Shown here piece after piece: positions 54,241 to 64,000 of a stretch of 64,000 nt of DNA. The notes beneath the pieces were generated by a model. That model did no database searches and was not told the origin of the DNA. It saw only the letters and a program-made list of their open reading frames with translations. A program made the translations under genes and the position numbers. Within the stretch, counting starts at the first letter, position 1. Every line of letters begins with the position of its first letter. The stretch comes from Carpediemonas membranifera BICM (Eukaryota > Protista > Fornicata): the NCBI GenBank assembly GCA_019828565.1, contig JAHDYR010000016.1, positions 62,001-126,000 of the forward strand, in the 5' to 3' direction.

Positions 54241-55589
54241 TCAGTACCTGATCTGGTACGTGCCCGCCCTCGACACGTACCGGACCCATCTAGTGGGCTT
54301 GTACCCACTCTTCTCGTACAGATGAAGGAACCGCACCTGCATCCCCGACGCCGTAAACATGGGGACGTTGAAGTCCATCGTCAACGGCGGCCGGCTCCAC
54401 GTCTTCGCCTTAGTCGTCTGTGCTAGCTCGATCATGCCCTCGATGGTGCATGACGTGCCGCCGGGGAACAACCGGATCCGCCAAGCAATGGCCTCCTTCT
54501 CGGGCTCATACTTCGCCTTGCCCGCTGAGCATGTCAGCTTGGTGCTGGCAGTGTTCGATGGGCACGGAATCCAGAGAATAACGTTCGAGGCGTCGAGGTT
54601 TGAGGCGTACTTCGAGTAGACCTGGATCTTGACCTCGACGCGGGAGTTGCCATGCTCGGTGATGAGCGGAACAACGCGGAATGGGAGCTCAACGTTGTCG
54701 CTGATGGTGTATTTCATCAGATCAAACTCGCCGTCGGGGGGGATGAACGAAATCGTCCGATCGACATCAAACTGAGCAAGTTTGACGCACTGGTGAAGCG
54801 TCACGCCATCTAGCTCGATGTTCTTGGCGGGCTGGCGCTTTTTGTATGCACTGTTCTTGTCATTATCGATAACCAGCTTGTCGTTGAGTCCAAACTTGCA
54901 TTCCGGCATGCCGGAGAGGAATGACTTCATGTGGACCGTCCCGGAGACGTCAGACCGCAGCACATTGCCCTGGGCGGACAGCAGCAGGTTCACTTGCTCG
55001 ATGATGTCGATGAAGACCTCGTTCTTGGCATATTTGATGCCGGGCTGCCTGTGCGAGACGACACCGGTAGCCTGGATGGTCACCTCCTTCTGATCCTTCT
55101 TGTCCAGCTTCTTGAGGCCCTTGGTGGTGATGATGGACTTGAGGACCTCGAGATCAGTCGTCTGGGGGAACCCGAAGTCGCAAACCTCGTCCAGCACCTC
55201 CTGGAAGACGACGCAGTTAGACTTGACGAGGTCCGGGGTCAGGGTGGAGCCGCAGTAGGACTCCATCACCTGGCCGAGTGTGTGCAGGAACTCTAGGACG
55301 AGGGCAGCGTTGGGGTTCAGCTCAGTTACGGCGACGATAAAAATCTGCCCAGTCTTGACGACGAAGTATGACTTGTTGCCAGCATGAATGATAGGCTTCT
55401 CAATGTTCTCTTTCTTCATCAGGAGCTGCTTGAAGAAGGTACCAGCGGAACGATCGATGACATCTTGAGTGGAAAGCCTGTGTGAGGACGAGATGACTGG
55501 AAAAGTACTCACCTAGATAGGGAATCCCGATATTCGCGTGTGAAGATCACGTTCCCACGCTGTTCAACGATAACCACGGCCTGAATCAT
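54241..55589 (-). CDS. AP2M1: AP-2 complex mu subunit; exons 55589-55513 and 55477-54241 (35-nt intron)
   Basis: MIQAVVIVEQRGNVIFTREYRD; TIQATGVVS, KNEVFID, LSGMPECKFGLND, VPMFTASG, RWVRY. Confidence 0.92.
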
Positions 55590-55823
55590 CGCGTTTTGTG
55601 TTTGACCCGTGCACTTTAACCGATTTATGGTTTTCACATAAAGGCGCTAATGAGTTGTCTACGCACATGTTAGGCCTCCTACCTCCATCATACACCTAGT
55701 GTAGGCTGTCATTTCCTTGCACCGCTCGTGACAAATCCAAGACAGGCGCTCCGCATTTAGATCGCTCAACCAAGACTATTTTACACCTAGTGTCGCATAT
55801 GCACAGCAAGAATCGCCGCCAAT

Positions 55824-56414
55824 CTAGAGGAGCGGCGGGGGGTCCAGCAGCGGCGGGGGCTCCAGGGACGGCATCTCGAGTGAGGGCGGGTCGCTCAGCA
55901 TGGGGGCGTCGAGGTCCGGGGGGAGGTCGGGGATCTCGTCCAGGTCGGGTATCTCCTCGTCGGGGAGGTTCATCGTGCGGCCAAGGCTGGCGACATCGAC
56001 GTCAGTCATGGTGAATGGGAGAGCGGCGAACTGGGGGCGGTCGACCGACTCGGGCGCCGTCCGGGGCTGGATGAACGGGGCATTCGGATGCAGGGCGATG
56101 GATGGATCAGCCCGTGCAACTTCCGCTTGCCTCGCTTTGAGGCTTGCAATAAGCTCGGTCAGCTCAGCCTCAGTTTTCTCGGCAATGGCGAACTGTTGAT
56201 CAACAGCCGTCATTGTATGATGGAAGAGACTATCAACGTGCTTGCCGAGGATGTCATAAGCCATCCTGCAGTATTCTTTCGTCCGTGCGAAGCCTTCCTC
56301 GGGCTTGGACTTGTATGTGTTGGTGATAAAGGCGCGAACCTTCTCTAGCTTCTCTTTGTTGTTTGCTAGCTCATCAATGGCCCTCGGGATCTGCTCCCGG
56401 ATCAGTTCGGCCAT
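55824..56414 (-). CDS. Abi-like (SCAR/WAVE complex subunit) protein with a proline-rich tail
   Basis: EQIPRAIDEL..LEKVRAFITNTY..FARTKEY resembles the Abi N-terminus; no SH3 domain. Confidence 0.6.
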   Translation of the reverse strand: MAELIREQIPRAIDELANNKEKLEKVRAFITNTYKSKPEEGFARTKEYCRMAYDILGKHVDSLFHHTMTAVDQQFAIAEKTEAELTELIASLKARQAEVARADPSIALHPNAPFIQPRTAPESVDRPQFAALPFTMTDVDVASLGRTMNLPDEEIPDLDEIPDLPPDLDAPMLSDPPSLEMPSLEPPPLLDPPPLL

Positions 56415-56962
56415 CAGAGTGCGAAAATGTGGTGCAGATTAGTAATCATCGCTCTTAAGAAGGTTTGTGAAGTCTTGCTGGATGTGAAGAAGGGCGCTAC
56501 GGCGAGATTCTCCGAATTGGGACCTGCCAGTCTCCTGTTCTTTCTTAGCAGCTGCACGGAGGCGGAGCATGGACGTCCAGCAGGGTGCACTTTATGAAAC
56601 GACACTTGTAGAGGTATTATTATTTAGAGATGTTTACTGGGGGTTCATATGAAGAAGGCTTAGGCTGTCAACCCCCCCGGGATGAACTCCAGGGGACTAA
56701 ACAGGTTCAGCCTGACTGCCCACCTGTCATACACCAAAAGGGTAGCGGACATGAGGCGTCGGCGGTGATGGTGGCCCGACCAACGTGAACTTGACGCACA
56801 ACCATATCCAGTCTGCTAGAGGCATCGAGACCGTTGACCAGGGTCCTCAGTGTCGAGCCGAGCCTGCCATCCTGATGGGGCGACCATGATTCCACATCTC
56901 CACTAAACTCCCAACCCATAGTAAAAATTTATCGTGTGAAGCCGGTGGTCCAAACGCCAGCC

Positions 56963-59900
56963 TCAGTTGCCGAGGATCCTCGCCTTCTCCTCCTCGAGCT
57001 GCCTCACCATCCTAATCGCCTCCCTCTTCGCCTTGACCTCGTCCTGCAGCTGCATCACCAGCTCATTGATCTTATGGCGTTTGTCCGAGATCTCCTTACT
57101 CATCGCCTTCATCTTCTCCGTGAACTCGGCCTTCCGCCGCCGCACACTCGCCTCGATCGCCTTGTTCCCCTCCTTGATCCGCTCACGGTACATGTCCCGC
57201 TCGTCCCGATAGTGGTCCCGTTCCTCTAGAGCAGACTCGAGCTCCGTGCCGAGTCGGGCCAGCTCTGCCTGGGCTTCGTCGTCGGCACGGCTGGCACGGG
57301 CGTCCGTCAGCTGCTTGTAGTTGTCCTGCAGCTTGTCGTGGCTCGACACAAGCTTCTCGTACTTCGACTCAGCGGCAGCCAGCTTGGTCTCCAGCTCGGC
57401 TCTGACCCGCAGCGTCTCGTCGTGCTCGTCGGCAAGACTGTCGTAGTCGCCCTCGAGCCCGTGGAACTCGGCCAGCAGCATACTGTGGAGCCGCGCCTTC
57501 TCGTTGGACACAACTAGGATGGTGCCAGCCTCTTGCTCGAGCCGGGCGACAGTCGCGGTCAGCTCCTTCAGCTGCTGCTGGAGACCATCACGAGTGGACT
57601 CAAGCTCAGCGATCTCCTCGGGCTTTGGCATGTTGGCGTTCAGCTCAGCAACTATGGCGTCGAGCTCGGAAACACGGGCCTGAGCGGCGTCCCGATCAGC
57701 TGTGAGTTCGTCAACGGTGGACTTGAGGTCGAACTTGGCCCCGGTGAGCTCTGACTCCAGCCCGACGACCCTGTCCTCGAGCTCCTTGACGGTGATCCTC
57801 AGCCCCTCGGCCTCCGCCTCCTTCCTGCCGATCTCCGCGGCGCACTGGGCGTCGACCGAGTGGTGCTCGCTCTTGACCCGACTGAGCTCCTCCTCGAGTG
57901 CAGCCTTGTCCCTGATCGTCTCCTCCAGCCCCCTATTCATGCCCCGCACAGAGTCGTGCAGCTCCTCGAGCCGCACCTGGCCATCACGGACAGTCCGCTC
58001 AGCGGTGTCGGCCCGCGCAGTCTCGTCAAAGAGTCTGCTCTCGAGCTCGAGCAACCTCTCCTTGGCCGCAGCTAGGTCCTGCCGCAACCCAGCCTCTGCC
58101 TGGGTGACTGCGTTGAGGTCGACCCTCATGCGACCTATAGTCTCCTCGTGGCCGTCGCACACGGCCTGCAGCTCGGTAGTGCTCGCCTCAAGTCGGGTTA
58201 CGTCGGCAGTGGCTTTGGTCAGACTTGCTTCGAGCGTGACATTCTTCTTGATCGTCATAAAGGTCGCTAGCCGCTCATCTCTGAGCTGGCCCCGCAGGAA
58301 GTCCGCCTCCCTCGCCAGCCCATGGGCCTTGGCCCCGCTGGCAGTAGCCTCCGCCGTGGATGACGCCAGTTGGGTCGTCAGCCGCGCGTTCTCCTCTGAT
58401 AGTGCGGCGACCCGCGCTGACGAGGCGGCGAGCTCCTTCTCGAGGGTCACAGCCTTCTCGTGGTCAGACTCAGCCTCGCCCTTGAGAGTGGCTAGTGCCT
58501 CCTCGGCCTTGACCTTGGCCTCGGTCGCCGCGGCCAGCCCAACCTCAGCCCGCTCGAGCTTCTTATGCTCGTCCTTGGCCTCCCTCGTTGCCCGGGCGAG
58601 GTTCGTCTTGATCTCGGTCTGCTTCTCGAACTGAGCACGAACTCTCTCCATCTCCTTCACGGCCTTGTCGCGTGCCACGATAGCCTGCCGAGCTTCCCGT
58701 CTGATGTTGTTGCGGTCCTTCTCTAGCTCCGTCGTCTCTATGTTGAATCCCTCCAGCACCTGCACCAGCTCTGTCTCCAAGGCGGCCTTTTCTTCGTTCA
58801 ACCGCTCGACCAGCCTCTCCAGGGCGAGAATCTGCTCGCGGTTGACAGTAGACAACTTCCTAAACTGCTCGAGGCTACCGACCAGTCTGTCATGGCTCTG
58901 CTGGATGGCCTGGGAGTCTTCCTCGAGGATCCGGGCGGCAGTGAGGTCTCGGTTGAGCTCCTCGATGGTCACGGCATACCGCGCCCCCTCAGCCTTCGCG
59001 TCGGCCAGGGCGCTGTGGAGGCGGTCGACGTCCTGACGAAGTACGCCGAGCTCCTGTCTGAACGCGGTGAGGACACCGTCGTCGTCCCTGGCTATGTTCA
59101 CGCGGGCGGCGTTCTTGACGTTACGCGCACTAGTGGCGAAGGTGATAGTCGATCGCGATGCCTCGATCGCGTTCCGAGCGGGAGTTATGTTGCATATGAG
59201 CGCCGTCCTGCTATTCCCTCCGAGGGCGGGCTCGAGGAGGCGAGTCAGCTTCGAGTTGCGGTACGGCATGTGCACGGCCACCCGACCCTGCTCCTGGACT
59301 TTCACCAGCTCGTTGATCACTTGCGACAGCACACTGAGGCTTTTGTTGATGTTTCCGGCCTCCCTCAGCCCGATGCCGCTCACGTCGCTCTCCTTGACCC
59401 GTTCAGACCCGGCAAGGTCGACGAGATTGAGGTGGGCAATGCGGGTCGACCCACTGGCAGTCCCGTTGATGAGCTCGGTACTCTCGATGTACACTCGGAA
59501 GATTGCGTGAGACCTGGACGACTCTGTGTTCATCTTGGTCTCAGCAACGGCCCTGCCGGCGAAACCCAGCTCTGAGAACTCCAGGGCCTCTGCGGCCGAG
59601 TATACTGTGCGTTCAGTGCAGTTGGTGAGGCGGACGATCGTCTCGGTCGATGATTGCGGCTGGCCCTTCTCGTCGCGCCCCTTCTTGATCGTCTGGGAGT
59701 GCGTGTGGATGTTGATGCGGGAACTCTTCTCCGTGCGGCCGAACTGGTCCTTGTCATCCGCGCTTAGGAGGTCGCGGAGGACTTCGTTGTAGATCTCGAC
59801 GCAGGAAACACGGATCGAGTACTCGCGGTCCTTGGCGTTGGCGATACTGTTGAAGATATACTCCAGCGCCTGCGGGATGATGCCAGGGGAGTGGGTATCG

Positions 59901-60190
59901 CCCTTCATCGTGTGAGTTTTGCCCGAGGAAGTCTGGCCGTAGGCCATGATGGCACCGTTGATGCCTTCGAGCGTCCCGTCGATGATAGGCTTCGCAATAC
60001 TGTTGAATACATCGGTATTTGTGGAGTTTGTATCGAACAGGAGATCGAAACAGTTGTACTGGTCCCGTTCGCACGTCAGCACCTTAGGATGATCGGTATT
60101 CGCCTGCTGGATGTTCCAGACGATTGATTGACCATCTTCTCGCGCTATTAGGGGCCTAATGCGAATGGCAACTTTGATATTGTCGGCCAT
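56963..60190 (-). CDS. Kinesin, probably kinesin-7/CENP-E-like, with a long coiled-coil stalk
   Basis: NIKVAIRIRPL, AYGQTSSGKTHTM, SSRSH, LNLVDLAGSE, PALGGNSRT. Confidence 0.9.
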   Translation of the reverse strand: MADNIKVAIRIRPLIAREDGQSIVWNIQQANTDHPKVLTCERDQYNCFDLLFDTNSTNTDVFNSIAKPIIDGTLEGINGAIMAYGQTSSGKTHTMKGDTHSPGIIPQALEYIFNSIANAKDREYSIRVSCVEIYNEVLRDLLSADDKDQFGRTEKSSRINIHTHSQTIKKGRDEKGQPQSSTETIVRLTNCTERTVYSAAEALEFSELGFAGRAVAETKMNTESSRSHAIFRVYIESTELINGTASGSTRIAHLNLVDLAGSERVKESDVSGIGLREAGNINKSLSVLSQVINELVKVQEQGRVAVHMPYRNSKLTRLLEPALGGNSRTALICNITPARNAIEASRSTITFATSARNVKNAARVNIARDDDGVLTAFRQELGVLRQDVDRLHSALADAKAEGARYAVTIEELNRDLTAARILEEDSQAIQQSHDRLVGSLEQFRKLSTVNREQILALERLVERLNEEKAALETELVQVLEGFNIETTELEKDRNNIRREARQAIVARDKAVKEMERVRAQFEKQTEIKTNLARATREAKDEHKKLERAEVGLAAATEAKVKAEEALATLKGEAESDHEKAVTLEKELAASSARVAALSEENARLTTQLASSTAEATASGAKAHGLAREADFLRGQLRDERLATFMTIKKNVTLEASLTKATADVTRLEASTTELQAVCDGHEETIGRMRVDLNAVTQAEAGLRQDLAAAKERLLELESRLFDETARADTAERTVRDGQVRLEELHDSVRGMNRGLEETIRDKAALEEELSRVKSEHHSVDAQCAAEIGRKEAEAEGLRITVKELEDRVVGLESELTGAKFDLKSTVDELTADRDAAQARVSELDAIVAELNANMPKPEEIAELESTRDGLQQQLKELTATVARLEQEAGTILVVSNEKARLHSMLLAEFHGLEGDYDSLADEHDETLRVRAELETKLAAAESKYEKLVSSHDKLQDNYKQLTDARASRADDEAQAELARLGTELESALEERDHYRDERDMYRERIKEGNKAIEASVRRRKAEFTEKMKAMSKEISDKRHKINELVMQLQDEVKAKREAIRMVRQLEEEKARILGN

Positions 60191-60330
60191 CGTGTCCCGG
60201 CGTGCACGATTTTTCCCAAAAATGCACAATGAGACCACGATCATCCTGGGCTGGCCCAGCTGGGCCCTGCCACCGGCCGTGATAGTCGGTAATAGCCAAG
60301 TTACGTCTGTACATAAGCCATTTATTCACA

Positions 60331-63098
60331 TTATGCCGCCTCGATGAAGGCGACGAGTCTGTTGATGAGCACCTCAACGTAGTCGCCAGCTCCTCCAACG
60401 ACGATGGTAGTCTCCCCATCTACTGAGGAGATCACTGTCTTCCATTCAGTCGTCCTGACCCTAAACTGCCCAGTCACCATCGGATTGTCCTCGCCGACGA
60501 CAGTGAACCCGGGCGGGAGTCGTTTCATCGCCTCATCTACCGTGAGGAACTTGGTGATTGTCCTCGACTTCAACTCCGACTGTGGGATCTTCTCGACCGA
60601 GTCCGAGGGCCGCATGAAGCTGGCGATGGATATGGGCACAACAACAGTGATACCGGCGCCGAGCCCGTCGCCGCTCATCTTGCAAATGGGCGGGGGGTCG
60701 GTGTTGTGCGGCTCGTCTGACAGGTCGAGTACATACTCGGCTGAGGCGTGGGCTTCGAAGGAGAATGGGAACTGCCGCCCCACCTTCACCCTCGCCCAGG
60801 TGCTCTCCGGCACGCTGACGGCAGCGTAGAAGTTACACACGGGATGGGCGACCTCGAGGTCGAGGGTGACCATAATCTGCGTCGTACTAATCTGCTGACT
60901 CGTCATAACCATCGACGACTCTGCTTCAGACCATATGAGCCCCTCGCCCCGCCGCATCACGTCTCTGATCGAGATCTTAGGCTGGGCAACTGTTGCTGGT
61001 TCCTCGGGGGAGTTGGATACGGCAACGACTGCAGTCAAGTCAAATGTCTCGTCCATCAGGCCGGCGTTCTCGGGAATATCGTCGGTGATTGCAGGCCCGA
61101 ACGCTGCAAGGAGGTCTTCCTCAACCCCCTCTGCTATGGGAGATATTGCTGGGTCCGGTAGCTTGCACAACACAGACGGGGTTGACGTCGGCAACTTGTC
61201 TGTCCCAGCAGGCGTGGCGATCATACGAACCCGTCCGGTGGTCTCAATGCTGGTGCTCAGCTCGGTCTGCTCGAACCTGGGCACGGAAAGGAACTCAGCG
61301 GGTCGGATTCCGAGGTCGAGCATGGCGTGTAGTTGCACGAGTCGGTCGCAGACCTCTGAGTCGACGCACCGGTCAACCTCGTCAGCTAACAGTCGCTCTA
61401 TCGCACGGTCGTCGCAAGCTAGACGTGAGAGGGCGGTGAGAGCAACGTTCGCCACCGGCTGGGGACGATAGACCGAATCTATTATGAGATTAAGCTGCTC
61501 ATCCTCGACATACACCTGAGTCCACTTTCCAATGAGGTAGAGGGCTAGACAGCGGGCCGCAGGAGCGTCTGCCTCCTCCTCCTCGAGCAGCTTCCATGCC
61601 AGCTGAAGCACATCCGGCCGCTCCTCCTTGGAAATCTCGTCGCAGAGTCGCGCAGTTTTGTACCAGTCCTGAGCAACTGTGCAGTGAACAAGGATCTTAA
61701 AGGCCTGCTCGGCGAACAACATGGAGCCGCTCAACGTCCGGTGGACGAGGTAGAGCAGCCTGGCAGTCACGGCATCTCCATCGGTCAAGGCCGCGGGAAG
61801 GACCGCTTCCACGACCTCAGCGGTGCGGTGCTTGGGTGAGACGGAGCAGAGCAGCCGTATGGCCACGCCTCGCACGGCATCGTCTGCACTGGCCGCGAGC
61901 TCAGCCACCCCGTCAAATGACTCGGCGATCTTCTTCCGGGCGAGTGGTATAGCTGCGGCCTCTAACAGCCACATGAGACCGATGTACTTGCTGCGAGGGC
62001 ACTGCTCAGGCTGGATCAGATGGGTCACCTTCACAACGCACTGGAGGAGAAGCTCGTCAGTGTGACGCAGGGCGGGGGTCGCGATCACTAGGGAAACGGC
62101 CTCGAGCATGGCTGCGGCCCTGCTGTTGCTGTAGTTGACGTCCTTCTTAGTCGTGCTCCCCATCCGATACCGGGTCTCGAACTTGTCCCGCAGCATCTGT
62201 ATAGCCGTTTCCTGTAGGATCCTCAGTTGCTCGGAGGTGGGGGTGGGTGGCGCTACCACAGTAATGACTCGGAACGCTGTCGCCATGAGCCAAGGTGGGA
62301 CGACTGAGTGGTAGAGCCGGTCCTGCGGGATCCGGCGGTTGATGAAGCACTGAGTGAGGGCGATGAGTGAGGTAAACATGGGTCGGGTCAGCTCGATGTC
62401 GACCTCGGCGGCCTTCTCAATAAACCGAAGGGCTGGGAGCAAGAAGGGCCACTGGTACGACGAGACGACCCCTGAGGTATGGATCATGCCGTGGACGTAC
62501 GTAATCCAGTTCTTGTCGATCAACTCGAGCGGGCATCGGGCCAGGGTTCCCAAGGCCAGCGCCGTGATGGAGGAGGGCATGTCCTTGTCAAAGGCGATGG
62601 ACGACAGGGGATCGATGGCTTGCTGAGAGATGAGGGAGGCCTCGTCGCTCTGCTGCATGGCGACCATGTTCGACACGGTTCGCAGGGCAAGCCGCATGGT
62701 GGTGAGGTCCCTCTTGGTCGCCAGGTGCTGCATGATCGAGTTCATCAGGATGATGGGGGTCACCTCTACAAGGTCCCGACGCTTCTGGATATGCGACAAT
62801 AGTATGTACCCGGCGACATGGTCCGACACGCTCTTGCTACTGAGGAGCGAGGCGATCATCACATGGCTCGGGTCGATGTCGCAGCCCCAGAGGTGAAGGA
62901 GGATGATCTTGTACGCTGCAGAGCTGTGTTAAGATTGATATATGGAGCGTACCGATGCTTGGATGTTGGGACCGTTGCTGACGGCGCGAGGACGTGTTTT
63001 CGTATTTGATAGATTGCCTCTTGTGTTACCTTCTGTTGGAGGTGAGGATAGTCACTGACAGCGTTATAGCTCTTCAATAGCTTTGAAACGCCCCTCAT
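60331..63098 (-). CDS. Divergent AP-2 alpha-adaptin-like protein; exons 63098-62953 and 62923-60331 (29-nt intron)
   Basis: MRGV start; after splicing KIILLHLWGCDID..LLSS; YHSVVPPWL; VNYSNSRAAAMLEAVSL; hinge plus ear-like C-terminus. Confidence 0.7.
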
Positions 63099-63287
63099 GC
63101 TTCGGGAATAGCTCTGTTCATGTCATCGATCATGACATGCCGGCGGGTTTTGCCGGGAAGACATGAGGAATGTTTGCATGTATATCCACTAGTGGTAGTT
63201 CATGTACCCTCTTGCGATGCTTTATACGTATTACGGCCCAGCCAGCATGTAAAAATCACCCAGGTCCCCCAGCCAGCCAGATCTCAC

Positions 63288-63947
63288 TCACTCACCACCA
63301 GCCAATGGCTTGCCCCCTCCCAGGAAGCGGGGTAGGGTCCCGAACAACATCTCCTTCAGCCCCTCTGCCGTGGGCCGCATGAGTCTGGTGTACAGGATGT
63401 ATATGGCCGAGAACGCGAAGAGGAAGAAGCAGACAAACACCAGCAGACGCTCTCGCACGTCGGCCCACCGCACTGCAGCCATAGCTTTCCGCCCCAGCCC
63501 CACTTCCTCGTGGACCATACTGTGCTGAGTGATCGTCGCCCTCATGACATCAGTGGACGCCACCAGAGAGCTCGCGGCACCGTCCTGCTCGGAGACGACC
63601 TCGTTGAGGATGTCGTTAGTGCTGTGCAGGATGGCTTCCAGTGGGTCATTGATCTGTGCACGGTGCCCACCCAAAAGACTCTCGCGGCCCTTGGTGAAGA
63701 GCTTCTTTTGCGCATTCTTGTATGCATGAACGTATTCCTCAGATAAAATATCAATCTTCTTTCTTTGCTCGTCCACAGGAAAGCCTATAGCCGCTTGCTT
63801 GTCCACATTATGCCGAATCTTTCGGATGGACCGCTGACACTGGCTAGCGGCAGATTGAAGCTCATTAACAGTTGCTGTTATTCTTATAAGCCCGATGCTT
63901 TTTTCTAGATTCTCAAGACTCGCCTTAATACTGTTTGCTGTGATCAT
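63288..63947 (-). CDS. SEC20: Sec20-like Qb SNARE
   Basis: RESLL motif, SNARE-like heptads, C-terminal TM RERLLVFVCFFLFAFSAIYILYTRL. Confidence 0.65.
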   Translation of the reverse strand: MITANSIKASLENLEKSIGLIRITATVNELQSAASQCQRSIRKIRHNVDKQAAIGFPVDEQRKKIDILSEEYVHAYKNAQKKLFTKGRESLLGGHRAQINDPLEAILHSTNDILNEVVSEQDGAASSLVASTDVMRATITQHSMVHEEVGLGRKAMAAVRWADVRERLLVFVCFFLFAFSAIYILYTRLMRPTAEGLKEMLFGTLPRFLGGGKPLAGGE

Positions 63948-64000
63948 CGTTGTGCCGCAGGATAAGAATACTTGAGTCCAAAACACACAGTGATCCGAGC

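Noticed and set aside
56415-56960. Long spacer with a GC hairpin near 56662-56695 and 60-70 aa ORFs
   Set aside because: No recognisable RNA or protein motif
1-64000. Alternative genetic code (TAA/TAG read as Gln, as in hexamitid diplomonads)
   Set aside because: Conserved genes end at TAA, TAG and TGA at the expected positions and have no internal stops

Overview
Gene-dense eukaryotic protist DNA: about 30 distinct protein genes with short intergenic spacers, standard genetic code (TAA, TAG and TGA all used as stops) and strong GC3 bias that produces many antisense shadow ORFs. Flagellar genes (IFT81-like, ARL3), 28-36 nt introns and an RCC1-like family member suggest a free-living fornicate metamonad such as Carpediemonas; this is my inference and is not verified. 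Housekeeping genes include Cet1-type RNA triphosphatase, GlyRS, eL14, eL38, a TBC Rab-GAP, a MAPKKK, Spg1/Tem1, a P5A ATPase, TBCE, thymidine kinase, Mad2, DPH7, RFT1, PRP38, PAP2, HDAC1, guanylate kinase, GPAT, AP-2 mu and alpha, Abi, CENP-E-like kinesin and Sec20. Main features the ORF track does not show: (1) an unannotated, divergent U1 snRNA gene (40719-40877, second copy 49254-49412); (2) six tiny introns that all end in a fused branch point/3' splice site (..T-N-A-Y-A-Y-AG); (3) a recurrent upstream motif GTGCA[G/C/T]TTT[A/T]; (4) a 1642-bp x ~4.2 tandem array of a putative GPI-anchored surface protein gene; (5) an 8.5-kb tandem segmental duplication with a 4-nt junction insertion; (6) an IFT81 homologue lacking its N-terminal CH domain and a frame-broken RCC1-like gene.
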